Below, in pieces: positions 40,158 to 50,683 of a DNA stretch of 56,469 bases. The stretch is from Arenicellales bacterium (GTDB lineage Bacteria > Pseudomonadota > Gammaproteobacteria > BMS3Bbin11): contig JARFQI010000023.1 of the NCBI GenBank assembly GCA_029287855.1, forward strand, positions 1-56,469, given 5' to 3'. Made by a program: the position numbers and the translations under genes. Numbering within the stretch: the first letter of the stretch is position 1; each line of letters opens with the position of its first letter. The notes beneath the pieces are model-generated. The model did no database searches. It worked only from the letters and a program-made list of their open reading frames with translations, and was not told the DNA's origin.

Positions 40158-43100
40158 TTATCCTTCCATCATTGCGCTGATTTTGCGTGAGCTTTCAAGC
40201 GGTAGTACTGAATTTATCGCATTCATCAAATCAACTTCCTGATATGGCTTAGTCAGGTAAAGCGTTGCTCCTAGCTCCATTGCTCTTTCACGATGCTTCG
40301 GACCAGATCGTGATGTAATGATAATTATAGGAATGTCTTTGTAGCTTGGGTCATCTCTGACAAGTTCCGTCAGCTCAAAGCCGTTCATGCGAGGCATTTC
40401 AATATCGACCAGCATAACATCTGGTATTTGCTCTGACAGCTTCTCTAATGCATCAGCCCCATCAGTAGCAAGCATTGTAGTGATTCCATATTTACTCAAG
40501 TTTCGTTCTGTCACACGACGCACAGTCAGGGAATCATCGACCACCATTACTGTAGCCGGACTCACTTCTTTTTCGAGTTTGGCAACCAGGCTTGCCTGAT
40601 CTATATCCGCCCTTTCAGAATGACGTGTATTCCACAGGTCAACCAGGTCAAGGATTAATGCGACTTCACCATCACCGAGTACTGTTGCCCCCTCTACTCC
40701 ATCAAGTGCAGCAATCTGAACACCGACCGGCTTAACTACAATTTCAACTGCGTGGATCAATTCATCGACACCAACGACAACAGGGCCTGTCGCTGCGTTC
40801 ATCATTAAAGCAGGTGTCTTAATATCATCTTCCAGTTGTGCCAACATACCAAGACGCTCTGCAAGAGATAGATATGGGTAAGATTTGTCACTGATTGTGA
40901 CACTGCGCTCACCTGTAGCATCGGTAATAATTCTACTTCTATAGACCATATTGATGGACATAATTGACATCAACGGGATTGCAAAACGGTGTCCACCTGA
41001 GGCGACAATCATTGCCTGGGCCACGGTCATGGATAGTGGCAATCTGATGATAAAGCGGGTTCCCTTGTCTTTTTCAGTAAGCAGAGAAACTGAGCCGCCT
41101 ATTTGCTTGAGCTCACTCTGTACCACATCCATACCGACACCTCGACCAGACACTTGTGTGACATTATCCGCTGTTGAAAAACCTGGCACGAAAATTAGAT
41201 TTGCCAGATGTTCATCCGATGGATTCATACCCTTGTCCAGAAGTCCTTTATCTTCTGCCTTGCTACGAATTCTCTCTAAATCCAGTCCCTGTCCATCATC
41301 AGAGAACTCAATAATAATGTCTTTACCTTCCCGACTGATCTCAAGCTTTAACAGACCCTTTTCTGGCTTGCCAATTTTCTTTCTGATCTTTGTACTTTCT
41401 ATACCATGAGAAATTGAGTTACGAATTAGATGCTCCATCGGTGGAACAACTTGATCGATGACATTCCTGTCCAACTCAACTTCACCACCTTTAAGTTCAA
41501 TTTTGACCGGTTTGGATAATTCACGCGATGTCTTTCTTGCTAGCTGCCTCAGCCTTGGCATCAAGGTGGAGAAAGCAACCATTCTGGTTTGAGTCAGTCC
41601 TTCCTGCAGGTCTGTATTCAAACGAGATTGTTCGTGCAGCAACATCTCGACATCACCGGCAAAATTGTCCATCCCGGACTGAATCATCATTAAATCATTT
41701 AGGCTCTCTGAGAGATTTCTAGAAAGAAACTGTAATTGTGTGTATCGATCAAATTCAAGCGGATCAAAGTCTTCGTCTTCCTCATTAAGGAGACCGCCCG
41801 CACCTGAAAGAATTTGCGTGTCGGCCTGTATTTCTAATTCACGAATCTGGCTATTAAATCTTTCGATATTCTTATGCAACTCATCAAGATTTTCCTTGAA
41901 ATTAGAAACCTGTTGTTGAATACGAGAACGGGCAATACTTACTTCACCTGCATAGTTAGCAAGCGTACCCAATAATTCAGAATCAACTCGAACCTGGACA
42001 TGCTTTACTACATCTAATTTTTTTTCTTTTCGTAGGACTATTGGTCTTGTTTTTTCTTTTCTAAGCAGTGAATCCGATTTCTCTGCAGATATATCCTGTA
42101 CTTCACTTTCATTCGAAGCTTCTGGCTCAATTAATTCAACGGACTCAGCGCTTTTGGTAATTTCATCTGACTTAGCTTGCGCTTCTATGGTTGTATCGTC
42201 GACAACTGCAGAAAAATGATTAAGCACTCTTTGGTTCATTTCATCTGCCTGAATATCAAAAGCACTGCTGCCAGGGTTCTCGATCATCATCAGCAGGATG
42301 TCATGCACCTCCTCAATCAACTCAAACAGTGGTTCATCGACATTGTTTTCAGCATTTTCTGATTGCTCAAGCATCGATTCCGTACTGTGAGCTAGATCAC
42401 CAATGGCGGCGATCCCTGTCATTCGTGCTCCACCCTTGATGGTATGGAAAATGCGCTGTAGTTCAGCTTTTACTTCGCTACTATCCGGCTCATTACGCCA
42501 GTTCTCGAGAGCCTCGTGAAATCGTGACAATAAATCAGTCGCTTCTTCCCTGAAGATTTCTAGCAGTTCATTTTCTGCATCATCCGCACTACCTTCAGCT
42601 TTCTCTTTTTCTTTTATTTCAGGCTCAGCTGCATCACCTGGAACTTCCTCATCTAGACTTTCTTCAACTTTACTTTCTGAGTAATCTTCTTCCGAACTCT
42701 CGTTAGATTCTACTTCTGCAATCGCAGATTCATCTGCAGCAGTGGAATAGAAATCAAGAACCCGTTGATTTAAATCAACCGCCTGGTCATCAAAATAATT
42801 GCTGTCAGGAGTATCGACCATCACTAGCAGGGTGTCATGTACTTCTCCGATCAGATCAAACAACGGTTCATCGATGTTATTTTCAGCTCGCTCTGATTGT
42901 TCTAGCATTGATTCTGTATTGTGGGCCAGATCACCTATAGTTGTGACCCCGGTCATTCTCGCACTGCCTTTTATGGTGTGGAAAATTCGCTTCAGTTCAT
43001 TACGTGCCTCTATATTCTCCGAGTCACTTCGCCAGTCATCAAGCACTCCCTGAAAGCGGGAAAGTAAATCAATGGCTTCTTCACGGAAGATTTCTACCAG

Positions 43101-46100
43101 TTCATTAACCGGTTCTTCCTGCTCTTCATCCATTTCTACTTCACTGGCAAGTGCCTGCTCAGCAGTATCAGCAGATTCTTCAGTAAGCGTATCTTCTTCT
43201 TGAAGTATATCCAGACCGGAATCAGATTCTGTATGCTTTTCTGCTTCCTCTTCGGCAGAAGTTTCATCGATCTCATCAATATCATCGACAGCAAAGTAAC
43301 TAGGCATCTCGATGGTACCGTGCAGCATCTGAGAGTTAGGCAAATGCTCGAGTCGCTTATGACATACTTTAGAGAGTTCACCCATGCCGACTAACAAGTG
43401 CTCTTCCAATGCTCGCGGTTGTCGCACAGACTCAAGCAGCTGCATGCCGAGGTCGTGGGCAGTCTGAATAATATCGATATCTTCCTTTGCAATATCAAGA
43501 CTTCTCGCGCTCAACCCATCAAGCAGGTTTTCTACGGATTCATAAGTATCAGCAACAATATCAAATCCAACTGAGCGAGCGCTGCCACGCAGTGTATGTA
43601 TCAACCTGTGCATCACTTCTGTAACTTCAGGATCCTTGTGCTGACGTATTTTGTTGACCTCTATCAAGAGGTCGTCCAGATGTTTATTTATCTCAGTGGT
43701 GTAGATATCACGCACAACAGCAGACTGCAGAGGTGATGGTAAGCCGGGAATTTCTTCAGACTCCTCAAGGTCTTCAGAGTCAACTTCAATTGCTTCTTCC
43801 AGTTTGACAACTTCGACTTCATCCGGAAGTTCAAGCTTTTCATCACCAGCTTCGATGTCGAACTCGTCCTCAATTGAAGCTTCGGATGCTTCGGTCCCTG
43901 GCGACTCCTCTACGATAAGCGTTTCTTCTACCAGTGCGTCTTCTTCTGCTGGTTCTATTCGCTGCTCAACCGGACTACTGACTCTGCTTACGCATTTCTG
44001 CCAATAAGAAACATCAATATTAGATTCATCATGCCTTTCAAGATCATCGAGCATTTCTGGCAATCTATTAACTGCTTCCTCATACAGAGAGAACATCTGT
44101 TCATTAGCTTCAATCTTTCCTGCAATAACCTTGTTCAGCAATTCTTCCAGCGACCAGGCAAATTCTCCAAATTCAACAGCGCCTGACATTCTGCCGCTAC
44201 CTTTCAAGGTATGGAAACTACGCCGCAAATCTGCCCGTGCATCATCATCACTGCTATCAAACTTCAATTTTTCTACAAGGCCCTTAGCCATTGCAGCGAT
44301 TTCTTTTGCTTCTTCGATGAAAATTTCCAGGATCTCATCATCAAAAACTGCAGCCTCTCTGGCGACTTCCTCAACTTCAGGGAGTGAAACTTCGGCTTCT
44401 AGCTGCGAGGTATCACCAGCTGTATCAGCTTCATCAGCAGTCGAGCTTTCTGTATCAGCTGCTGGATAGAAATCAGTATCACTGACCTCTTCCAGTTGAA
44501 TGCCCAGATCATCGGGAGTTACTGATACTTCTACTAACTCACCTTCGCTCTTAGTACCATCATCAATCTCGGCTAAAGATACTTCGTCAGGTATTTTTCC
44601 TGTAAGCTTTTCCAATATAGATAATGACTGATGGAAGGTAGTCATTATGTCATCAGTCAGGTACTCGGGATCTTCTGAAAGCATACTGACAAGGGTAATT
44701 ACCTCATTCGCAATCTTTTCGAGCTTCTCATCTTCATTGCGTTTTGCCAGTGCGATAATCGCAGCCATGTCCTTACGCAGAGTAGCAAGGTGGAGCTTGT
44801 CTTCAGGATTTCGCAGCCAGTCGTCGGCCTCATCTCGGATATGCATAACACGAGCTACGGCAGTATCACGATCTGATATGTTAGATGGTGCTCCTCGCAA
44901 TAGTTCTTCCATTGCGCGTTCAAGTATCAACTCACTTGCAGGTTGATCATGCTGCAGTGATTCTGCATAAGATTCAATCGCACTGATTGCCAGCGCAGTT
45001 GCTTCCAAATGCTCAGTTGAAGGCTTGATATGCCCTTCAGCCATACTAGTGATTTGTTCATTAATCAATAAAATGAGTTCAATTGCACGGTCGCGCTCCA
45101 AAACTTTTAGCGCGCCTTCTATCTGTCGTAATTTATCCGGGATGGGAGTGAGAATTTCATTAAGATGCATATTCAATGAATACTTCTCAAATTTCTCAAC
45201 GACCTCTTCAAGGTTGGCACTAATTTCTGCAGCAACGACCTTTACAAGTTGAGAAAATTCAACATCGGTTAATGTTCCTTCTTCATCAATGTCTATACCA
45301 TCAACATCTAAAGAAGCAATACTTTCGGCCTGCTCACCAGTTCTGATCCAGTATAAATCAGCAATAGTCCGAGCCACCTTCTCTTCCCAGTCAGAAGACG
45401 GGTCATCAAGTTCACTACAGGCATTTTGAAGAGTTAGCAGAGCTTCAGCCAGAACAAGATCAATATTATTATTAATAACAAGGGCGCCAGCATCATAGGC
45501 CAGCGCAGTATGTGAAATTTCCTCTACTAAGGATTGCAGCTTATTCTTGTTGATGATATCAACTGCTCCTCGAATTTTATCCAGGCTGGACAACAGAGGA
45601 TCTATTGATCTGACATCAGAATCAGGAGTATCAAAATATTGACCAAGCTGAGCTTCTGCACTGGATAACTCCTCACTCAGAGCTTTAATAATGGGTCGCA
45701 GTATTTCAGGGCTGGTGGCCTCAAATATCTGGCCGGTGTCTTTTGTAGGCTTACCACTGACCTGTTCATCGAGCTCAAAAGCATTCACCAGTTCAATTAC
45801 GAGCGGACCGCGGCTTTCTGACTTGCCTATCTGAAAAAGCATTCTCTTTATTAGCGAATCTTGAGGAGACTTAACCAGTGAAGACTCACCACTCTGTATG
45901 ATGCGCTTAAGCTCCTGTTCCAGCAGGGCAAAAAAATGTTTTGTTTCCCTATTTGTACTATCTAAACCACCATCCCTGAGCGCTTCAGCGAGAGCGGTCG
46001 CTATCCACCACAATTGTGATGTCACGTCAAAACGAGAAATATTCTTCAAATGGGTAAACAGCAGAATGATTGTACTAAGTGCCTGCTTATCATCCTTCTG

Positions 46101-46643
46101 GGTGAACCAGTGAACCATTGTAGCCAGCAATTGATTACGTGCCTGGATAGCCTCGTCCCTGAAATCTTCATCACTTAAGCGAGCTGATTTGTTAGCAGAC
46201 ACCTCGGGATAAATATCTAGCTCAGGATTAAACAGATCAAACTCAGTAACGGAATCTGCACCTCGTGCTGTTCGCAACTCGTTGATCAATGGTGTCAATG
46301 CAATTATAGAATCCGGATAGCCTGCATGTAGCTGTGAAATATAAGTGCTAAGGCTTAGTACACCGCGGCTTAGTACATCCAGGTTCTCTTCTGTTGCAGG
46401 GATATCTGCATCAATAAATCCTTCACAAACCAGTTCAAGCTCGTTAACTAGTCTTGCAGCACCATCTAGTTCTACGATCTGCAGAGTACCTGAAACCTGG
46501 TGCAGGAAGGCAACAGCCATGCGCATCTGGCTGGTATCATCTGTCGAGGTAGAAAATGCTTCTAACGAAAGCCGAGCCTGTTTGATTGACTCGTCTATTT
46601 CATCTTTAACCCAGCTGAATGTACTGGGGTCTACTTGACTCAT
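40158..46643 (-). CDS. chpA: ChpA-type hybrid CheA histidine kinase (multi-Hpt, HATPase, CheW-like and receiver domains)
   Basis: 2161 aa. Hpt His motifs: FLHQVSG, FHTLKGSGR, IHTLRGSAR, FHTIKGSAR, FHTIKGGAR. The kinase core has HLIRNSISHGIE, DDGQGLD and GRGVGMDVV. The C-terminal receiver has VMVVDDS...LVDIEMPRMNG...LTKP. Confidence 0.92.
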   Translation of the reverse strand: MSQVDPSTFSWVKDEIDESIKQARLSLEAFSTSTDDTSQMRMAVAFLHQVSGTLQIVELDGAARLVNELELVCEGFIDADIPATEENLDVLSRGVLSLSTYISQLHAGYPDSIIALTPLINELRTARGADSVTEFDLFNPELDIYPEVSANKSARLSDEDFRDEAIQARNQLLATMVHWFTQKDDKQALSTIILLFTHLKNISRFDVTSQLWWIATALAEALRDGGLDSTNRETKHFFALLEQELKRIIQSGESSLVKSPQDSLIKRMLFQIGKSESRGPLVIELVNAFELDEQVSGKPTKDTGQIFEATSPEILRPIIKALSEELSSAEAQLGQYFDTPDSDVRSIDPLLSSLDKIRGAVDIINKNKLQSLVEEISHTALAYDAGALVINNNIDLVLAEALLTLQNACSELDDPSSDWEEKVARTIADLYWIRTGEQAESIASLDVDGIDIDEEGTLTDVEFSQLVKVVAAEISANLEEVVEKFEKYSLNMHLNEILTPIPDKLRQIEGALKVLERDRAIELILLINEQITSMAEGHIKPSTEHLEATALAISAIESYAESLQHDQPASELILERAMEELLRGAPSNISDRDTAVARVMHIRDEADDWLRNPEDKLHLATLRKDMAAIIALAKRNEDEKLEKIANEVITLVSMLSEDPEYLTDDIMTTFHQSLSILEKLTGKIPDEVSLAEIDDGTKSEGELVEVSVTPDDLGIQLEEVSDTDFYPAADTESSTADEADTAGDTSQLEAEVSLPEVEEVAREAAVFDDEILEIFIEEAKEIAAMAKGLVEKLKFDSSDDDARADLRRSFHTLKGSGRMSGAVEFGEFAWSLEELLNKVIAGKIEANEQMFSLYEEAVNRLPEMLDDLERHDESNIDVSYWQKCVSRVSSPVEQRIEPAEEDALVEETLIVEESPGTEASEASIEDEFDIEAGDEKLELPDEVEVVKLEEAIEVDSEDLEESEEIPGLPSPLQSAVVRDIYTTEINKHLDDLLIEVNKIRQHKDPEVTEVMHRLIHTLRGSARSVGFDIVADTYESVENLLDGLSARSLDIAKEDIDIIQTAHDLGMQLLESVRQPRALEEHLLVGMGELSKVCHKRLEHLPNSQMLHGTIEMPSYFAVDDIDEIDETSAEEEAEKHTESDSGLDILQEEDTLTEESADTAEQALASEVEMDEEQEEPVNELVEIFREEAIDLLSRFQGVLDDWRSDSENIEARNELKRIFHTIKGSARMTGVTTIGDLAHNTESMLEQSERAENNIDEPLFDLIGEVHDTLLVMVDTPDSNYFDDQAVDLNQRVLDFYSTAADESAIAEVESNESSEEDYSESKVEESLDEEVPGDAAEPEIKEKEKAEGSADDAENELLEIFREEATDLLSRFHEALENWRNEPDSSEVKAELQRIFHTIKGGARMTGIAAIGDLAHSTESMLEQSENAENNVDEPLFELIEEVHDILLMMIENPGSSAFDIQADEMNQRVLNHFSAVVDDTTIEAQAKSDEITKSAESVELIEPEASNESEVQDISAEKSDSLLRKEKTRPIVLRKEKKLDVVKHVQVRVDSELLGTLANYAGEVSIARSRIQQQVSNFKENLDELHKNIERFNSQIRELEIQADTQILSGAGGLLNEEDEDFDPLEFDRYTQLQFLSRNLSESLNDLMMIQSGMDNFAGDVEMLLHEQSRLNTDLQEGLTQTRMVAFSTLMPRLRQLARKTSRELSKPVKIELKGGEVELDRNVIDQVVPPMEHLIRNSISHGIESTKIRKKIGKPEKGLLKLEISREGKDIIIEFSDDGQGLDLERIRSKAEDKGLLDKGMNPSDEHLANLIFVPGFSTADNVTQVSGRGVGMDVVQSELKQIGGSVSLLTEKDKGTRFIIRLPLSMTVAQAMIVASGGHRFAIPLMSIMSINMVYRSRIITDATGERSVTISDKSYPYLSLAERLGMLAQLEDDIKTPALMMNAATGPVVVGVDELIHAVEIVVKPVGVQIAALDGVEGATVLGDGEVALILDLVDLWNTRHSERADIDQASLVAKLEKEVSPATVMVVDDSLTVRRVTERNLSKYGITTMLATDGADALEKLSEQIPDVMLVDIEMPRMNGFELTELVRDDPSYKDIPIIIITSRSGPKHRERAMELGATLYLTKPYQEVDLMNAINSVLPLESSRKISAMMEG

Positions 46644-46877
46644 GTCATCACCGGGTCTGCATTTAGAGAACCTGTTGCAATGCTGCTCAGGTCAGATTGG
46701 GAAGCAAAGTTTGTCATATTCAGGCGTTCTAGTGCTCGAAAACTCTTAAAAATCGCAGCCTAGCAACAACGCTGAGATAGCAAATTTTTGACGCAACATT
46801 TCTACTCATTAATTCCTCAAGATTCCCGGTATAGTAGGTATACATTAGTATTCAGGCTTTCAGTGTTCGCCTGCTAA

Positions 46878-48962
46878 TTAGTCCTCAGATGGCAGCCTGA
46901 AACCAGCTACTGAAGATTTAAGCTGCCCGGCAAGAACTGATAACCTGCCGACGGATTCAGCCGTTTCAGTCGTCGTAGCAGAGGCCTGTGTTGTCAGTTC
47001 CCTAATATGTACCATCGTCCCAGATACACCCGTCGCTTCCTCAGACTGTTGTCGGGCTGTATTGGCCATAGCGGTAATAAGAGTCGAAAGTTCTTCTGAT
47101 ACCGTCTCAATCTCTCCCAGTGCACGACCGGCCTCATCAGCGAGTCGTGTATTCTCTACAACTTCGCGTGTCGCATCTTCCATAGAAGTTACTGCTTCGT
47201 TGGTATCAGCCTGAATGTTGCTGACCAGGTCTGAAATCTGTTTTGTCGCCTCAGCAGAACGCTCAGCAAGTCGCTGTACTTCGTCAGCAACAACCGCAAA
47301 ACCACGACCTGCTTCACCAGCCATCGCCGCCTGAATTGATGCATTTAATGAAAGGATGTTTGTTTGTTCGGCAATATCATCGATCAATCCCACGATTTCA
47401 CCAATTTGTTGCGAACTTTCACCAAGGCGCTTGATGCGTTTACCTGTTTCCTGCATCTTGTCACGCATATTATTCATACCCTTGATCGTCAACGTCACCG
47501 CTTCAGACCCCTGCTTGGCCAGTTCCACCGAGCCATTTGCTACTTCCGCTGAGCCGTCAGCACTTTCCGATAGCTGGCTCATCGACTGGGCCATATGCAC
47601 AATGGACTCTGTTGCAGTACCAATTTCTTCTGCCTGCTGGCCTGTCTGTGCCTGCAATGAGGTTGTTTTTTCACGCGTACCTTCAGACTCCGTAGCAACC
47701 TGATCAGACGCAGTATTAATCTGTTTTACCAGGGTGCGCATTTCCAGCACCGCGTAGTTCATGGAGTCAGCAATAGCACCCGTCACCTGGTCAGTCACTT
47801 CCGCTTCAATGGTCAGATCACCGTCGGCGAGGTCTCCCATTTCATCGAGAAGTTTCAGAATAGCGGCCTGTGCCTGCCTGTTCTGTTCATTACTTTCAAA
47901 TTCCCTCATCCGCGAACTGGCAACCAGTGAGCGAATGAACATCAGGAAGAAAAACAATGCCGCACCACCAAAGATAAATGGCAGGAGATTGATATATTTA
48001 ATATGTGAGTAAAGACCCTGATAGCTGTCAACCAGAGACTCAATATTCACCAGGAATTTTTCTGAGTTTTCTGTAATACGTTGAGCCGATCGCTGTGAAA
48101 CGAAGAACTCGGTTACCACCTGTTGTGCTGCCTGAATATACTCATTCAGCTGGTTAAAAATTTCATCAGACTTGTCAATTTTTGCAATAACTTCAGGACT
48201 CGCATTTCTACGCAGACCGCGGTTAATGCGTTTATATAATTTTGCATCTTTACCAAACTGGGTTGCCGAAACAGCGGCATCCATACCACCCAGAGCAAAC
48301 ACGTTTACGTCTTTGGTAATACGCTGACTCCAGGTGCGCTGTGTGCCCGCTCTGGAAATAATGTCCTGCGGCGCATCTTCTGCAATCAATGCCTCTACAA
48401 CTTCATCTGATACTGCCAGCAGCAGGGGTGACAGCTGGTTAATAGAAGCCACATTTTCACGAATAGAAAGCAGTGCAGATTTATTACTCAAAATAGCTGC
48501 CACGTCTGGATCCAGTGAGTTCCACATATCCTGCACAGGTTGTAGTGCAGCACTTACAGAATCCGGAGAAGCAGGCAGCCTGTCATCGCCTTCAACCAAT
48601 GTTTTTAAAATGCTGTTAATTCTATTTTTAGAATCCTGCAGTGTGGCGAATGCCACCTCATTACCGAGCACGGCTTCACGTGCGTCCTTTGCAACTCTTT
48701 GTGAAAGCATCAACAGGAGACTGGATTCTTCCACATAACCAGATTGCTGTGCTGTCGTTCGCGTTTGCCACATAAGCACACCTACCAGCCCGATTACCGA
48801 AACCACCATGCCGATACCCAGCAGTGGCAGATTATTTGCGAACTTACCTAGTGCAGACGGCGCCGCACTTTTCTTCGATGCTGATGATTCTGTGTCAGGA
48901 CCAATATCAACCATACCTGAATCTGTCAGTTCTTCACCCGGAAACTTACTTTGTTCTGCCAT
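46878..48962 (-). CDS. pilJ: Methyl-accepting chemotaxis protein PilJ
   Basis: 694 aa. It has an N-terminal TM segment, a periplasmic PilJ-type domain, a second TM segment and an MCP signalling hairpin ([40 protein letters not shown]). Confidence 0.9.
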   Translation of the reverse strand: MAEQSKFPGEELTDSGMVDIGPDTESSASKKSAAPSALGKFANNLPLLGIGMVVSVIGLVGVLMWQTRTTAQQSGYVEESSLLLMLSQRVAKDAREAVLGNEVAFATLQDSKNRINSILKTLVEGDDRLPASPDSVSAALQPVQDMWNSLDPDVAAILSNKSALLSIRENVASINQLSPLLLAVSDEVVEALIAEDAPQDIISRAGTQRTWSQRITKDVNVFALGGMDAAVSATQFGKDAKLYKRINRGLRRNASPEVIAKIDKSDEIFNQLNEYIQAAQQVVTEFFVSQRSAQRITENSEKFLVNIESLVDSYQGLYSHIKYINLLPFIFGGAALFFFLMFIRSLVASSRMREFESNEQNRQAQAAILKLLDEMGDLADGDLTIEAEVTDQVTGAIADSMNYAVLEMRTLVKQINTASDQVATESEGTREKTTSLQAQTGQQAEEIGTATESIVHMAQSMSQLSESADGSAEVANGSVELAKQGSEAVTLTIKGMNNMRDKMQETGKRIKRLGESSQQIGEIVGLIDDIAEQTNILSLNASIQAAMAGEAGRGFAVVADEVQRLAERSAEATKQISDLVSNIQADTNEAVTSMEDATREVVENTRLADEAGRALGEIETVSEELSTLITAMANTARQQSEEATGVSGTMVHIRELTTQASATTTETAESVGRLSVLAGQLKSSVAGFRLPSED

Positions 48963-49017
48963 TAAACCACCCTCAACAATTGCTCATTATCTTTGTAAAC
49001 GTATCCTGTCTTCCTGC

Positions 49018-49551
49018 TTACGCTGCCGCAGTAAGAAAACTTTTATCTTCAAACAAAAGATCAGTATCGAATACCAGCCATTTTTGCTGATCTCGACCCA
49101 CTGACCCAGCAATATATCCAGCCCACTTTTGATCCATCTCACCTGTCTCGCATCTGTTAGCTTCGGGATCAAAATGCCTTAACCCCTGCAAGCGACTCAC
49201 CAGCAGACAGCAGGACAACTGGTCATTATTGATCACTATCAACCGTGAATACTGATCAGCATTCACGGGACCCATGCCTAGAAAATCCTGTAAATCTATT
49301 ACGCTAAGCAATCGACCTCGAACATTTGCAATGCCGCGCAACCATGATTGCGTCCGTGGAACCATTGCGAAAGGTGCAGAAGGAACCACTTCTGAAATTT
49401 GATCCATTGCAGTCACCAATTGAAGTTCACCCACGCGGTATGAAAGCCCTACCCATTGCTCCGCAACAATGACTTCCTGCGGCAATGACATATCAGCCGA
49501 TAGAACGTCCTGCTCCATGAGTTGAAGTATTTCAAGTGGATGAGCAGACAT
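49018..49551 (-). CDS. pilI: CheW-like protein PilI
   Basis: 177 aa with a CheW domain pattern (GIANVRGRLLSVIDL). It sits between pilH and pilJ. Confidence 0.8.
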   Translation of the reverse strand: MSAHPLEILQLMEQDVLSADMSLPQEVIVAEQWVGLSYRVGELQLVTAMDQISEVVPSAPFAMVPRTQSWLRGIANVRGRLLSVIDLQDFLGMGPVNADQYSRLIVINNDQLSCCLLVSRLQGLRHFDPEANRCETGEMDQKWAGYIAGSVGRDQQKWLVFDTDLLFEDKSFLTAAA

Positions 49552-49555
49552 TGCC

Positions 49556-49921
49556 TTACAGTGACTCCAGCACCCTGATCAACTCAGTTTCTTTCACCGG
49601 TTTCGTCAGGTATTCATTTGCCCCCTGGCGCTTGCCCCACACTTTGTCAGTTTCCTGGTCCTTGCTTGAAATAATGATGACGGGTATATCAGCCGTTTCA
49701 GGGTTCTTCTTAATTTTCCGTGTTGCCTGAAAACCATTCATCTCAGGCATTACTACATCCATCAATATAAGATCTGGCTTCTCTGTCTGTGATTTCTCTA
49801 CAGCATCGAGGCCATTTGTTGCAGTAATTATTTCAGGTATCTTTTGTCGGTTTAAAATGTCGACAACCATGTGCAACTCAGTCGGGGAATCATCGACTAC
49901 CAATATTTTCTGAAACCTCAT
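49556..49921 (-). CDS. pilH: Single-domain response regulator PilH
   Basis: 121 aa with ILVVDDSPTE...LILMDVVMPEMNGF...YLTKP. It occupies the PilH position. Confidence 0.88.
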   Translation of the reverse strand: MRFQKILVVDDSPTELHMVVDILNRQKIPEIITATNGLDAVEKSQTEKPDLILMDVVMPEMNGFQATRKIKKNPETADIPVIIISSKDQETDKVWGKRQGANEYLTKPVKETELIRVLESL

Positions 49922-49964
49922 TTTCAGCTATACCTCGTTGTGTTTATTCTTTGATCGAATACCA

Positions 49965-50351
49965 TCATGCATTTGCCACTTCATCGGTAGCTACATATTT
50001 ATTAATGGCACTGACCAGATCATCCTGGGTAAAAGGCTTATGGATGTGCTGTTCAGACCCAGCCAGCTTTCCCCTGGCTCGATCAAACAGACCATCCTTG
50101 CTCGATAACATTACAATTGGAATTGAACCGAATTGCTTATTGTTTTTGATTAATGCACACGTTTGATAACCATCCAGACGCGGCATCATAATATCGATAA
50201 AAATAATATCTGGATGTTGATCAGCGACAACAGACATGGCCTCGAAACCGTCGGCGGCGGTAATTACTTCAAAACCAGCCCTTTTGAGGAGCGTTTCCGC
50301 AGTTTTACGAATCGTGCTACTGTCATCAATGACCATTATTTTAATAGTCAT
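49965..50351 (-). CDS. pilG: Single-domain response regulator PilG
   Basis: IMVIDDSSTIRKTAETLLKRAGFEVITAADGFEA...IIFIDIMMPRLDGYQTCALIKNN...IVMLSSKDGLFD closely parallels P. aeruginosa PilG. Confidence 0.9.
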   Translation of the reverse strand: MTIKIMVIDDSSTIRKTAETLLKRAGFEVITAADGFEAMSVVADQHPDIIFIDIMMPRLDGYQTCALIKNNKQFGSIPIVMLSSKDGLFDRARGKLAGSEQHIHKPFTQDDLVSAINKYVATDEVANA

Positions 50352-50683
50352 ATGCTTTTTCGCAGTTGTATTGTCAGGAGAGTATCCACCATCATCCTAT
50401 CCTTAATGTATATTATTTATTCCTTTTTATAAGTTGTTATTTTATATAGATAGCACAAACATTACTATATAGCCATAGAAGACCATATTCAGGTGCAAAA
50501 AACCAGTAAAAACTGCAAACTTTTTGCCTGCCAAGGCTATTTGCATGCAAACAATAAAAATTTAGATTTCGTGCTTTGCTATCATTCCAAATATAATTCT
50601 ATAGTGTAGACCAGCTTTCTCAATAAGGAAGGGTTGCTGTAAAGAAATTTCAGACACCCTTCCCTTACAGGTAAATATATAAT

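Noticed and set aside
46640-46717. 25-codon upstream ORF (MTNFASQSDLSSIATGSLNADPVMT) whose TGA overlaps the chpA ATG
   Set aside because: It has no Shine-Dalgarno sequence or recognisable motif, and it is too short to judge. It may be chance or a decayed remnant of the missing pilK, but nothing in the sequence supports that.
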